From contig CM120644.1 in assembly GCA_051362555.1 (NCBI GenBank), positions 6,022,954 through 6,086,953 of the forward strand: DNA of 64,000 nucleotides, written 5' to 3'. The notes below the pieces were generated by a model that made no database searches, was not told where the DNA came from, and worked only from the letters and a program-made list of their open reading frames with translations. Below, piece after piece: positions 63,614 to 64,000 of this stretch. The position numbers and the translations under genes were made by a program. Within the stretch, counting starts at the first letter, position 1. Every line of letters begins with the position of its first letter. Source of the stretch: Lingula anatina (Eukaryota; Animalia; Brachiopoda).

Positions 63614-64000
63614 TATGTCTGACTCCAGATTTTGACATATCCAAGAATATTGCTGTTTGAGAAATCCGTTTCAATACGACATCTTTATTTTTAACTATGG
63701 CTATGTAAAACATTGGCTTTTAAATGTATACTGACAGTCAATAAAATCATAGCATTTATTTATCAAATAATATTTTAAGTTCCTTTGGCACATTAAGAAA
63801 ATGACAGTTTTCATGTGAAATATGACACATTATTCAGTCACACATTTCACTCTTTTATGACCAAAAGAGAGTTGAAATCGATTCTCATTAAAAAAAGGAC
63901 AAGAAAGTTTTCTGATGCACTTTCACTGTCTGTCACCATATATTAAAGAATAATCCATAGTATAACATGAACAAGAGCTGAGAAAAAAATCGAGTATGCA

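Overview
AT-rich, intron-containing invertebrate nuclear DNA (lophotrochozoan-like; the taxon is an inference), with no prokaryotic features. From left to right: (i) a decaying tRNA-Ser(GCT) cluster at 1.3-8 kb, split by a 3.8-kb Sola3-type transposon relic; (ii) a complete 12-coding-exon, ~540-aa class B1 GPCR of the CRF/DH44/ELH-receptor family (22729-37606). It has lost the ECD Asp/Arg/Tyr positions and the TM6 PxxG proline, and its introns hold two MITEs and an antisense tRNA-Ser; (iii) a tail-to-tail pair of small secreted-protein genes, an unrecognised prepro-protein (acidic pro-region plus 11-Cys domain) and a chitin-binding-like + TSP1 protein; (iv) a 1.43-kb/585-bp tandem array with tRNA-like A/B-box cassettes, interrupted by an Academ-like long-TIR element containing Tc1 and L2-type LINE relics; (v) a two-coding-exon secreted type-B carboxylesterase; (vi) a THAP/DDE relic hit by a Sola2 element and a 6-bp-TSD hAT-like element. 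All calls come from manual reading; no database searches were run.
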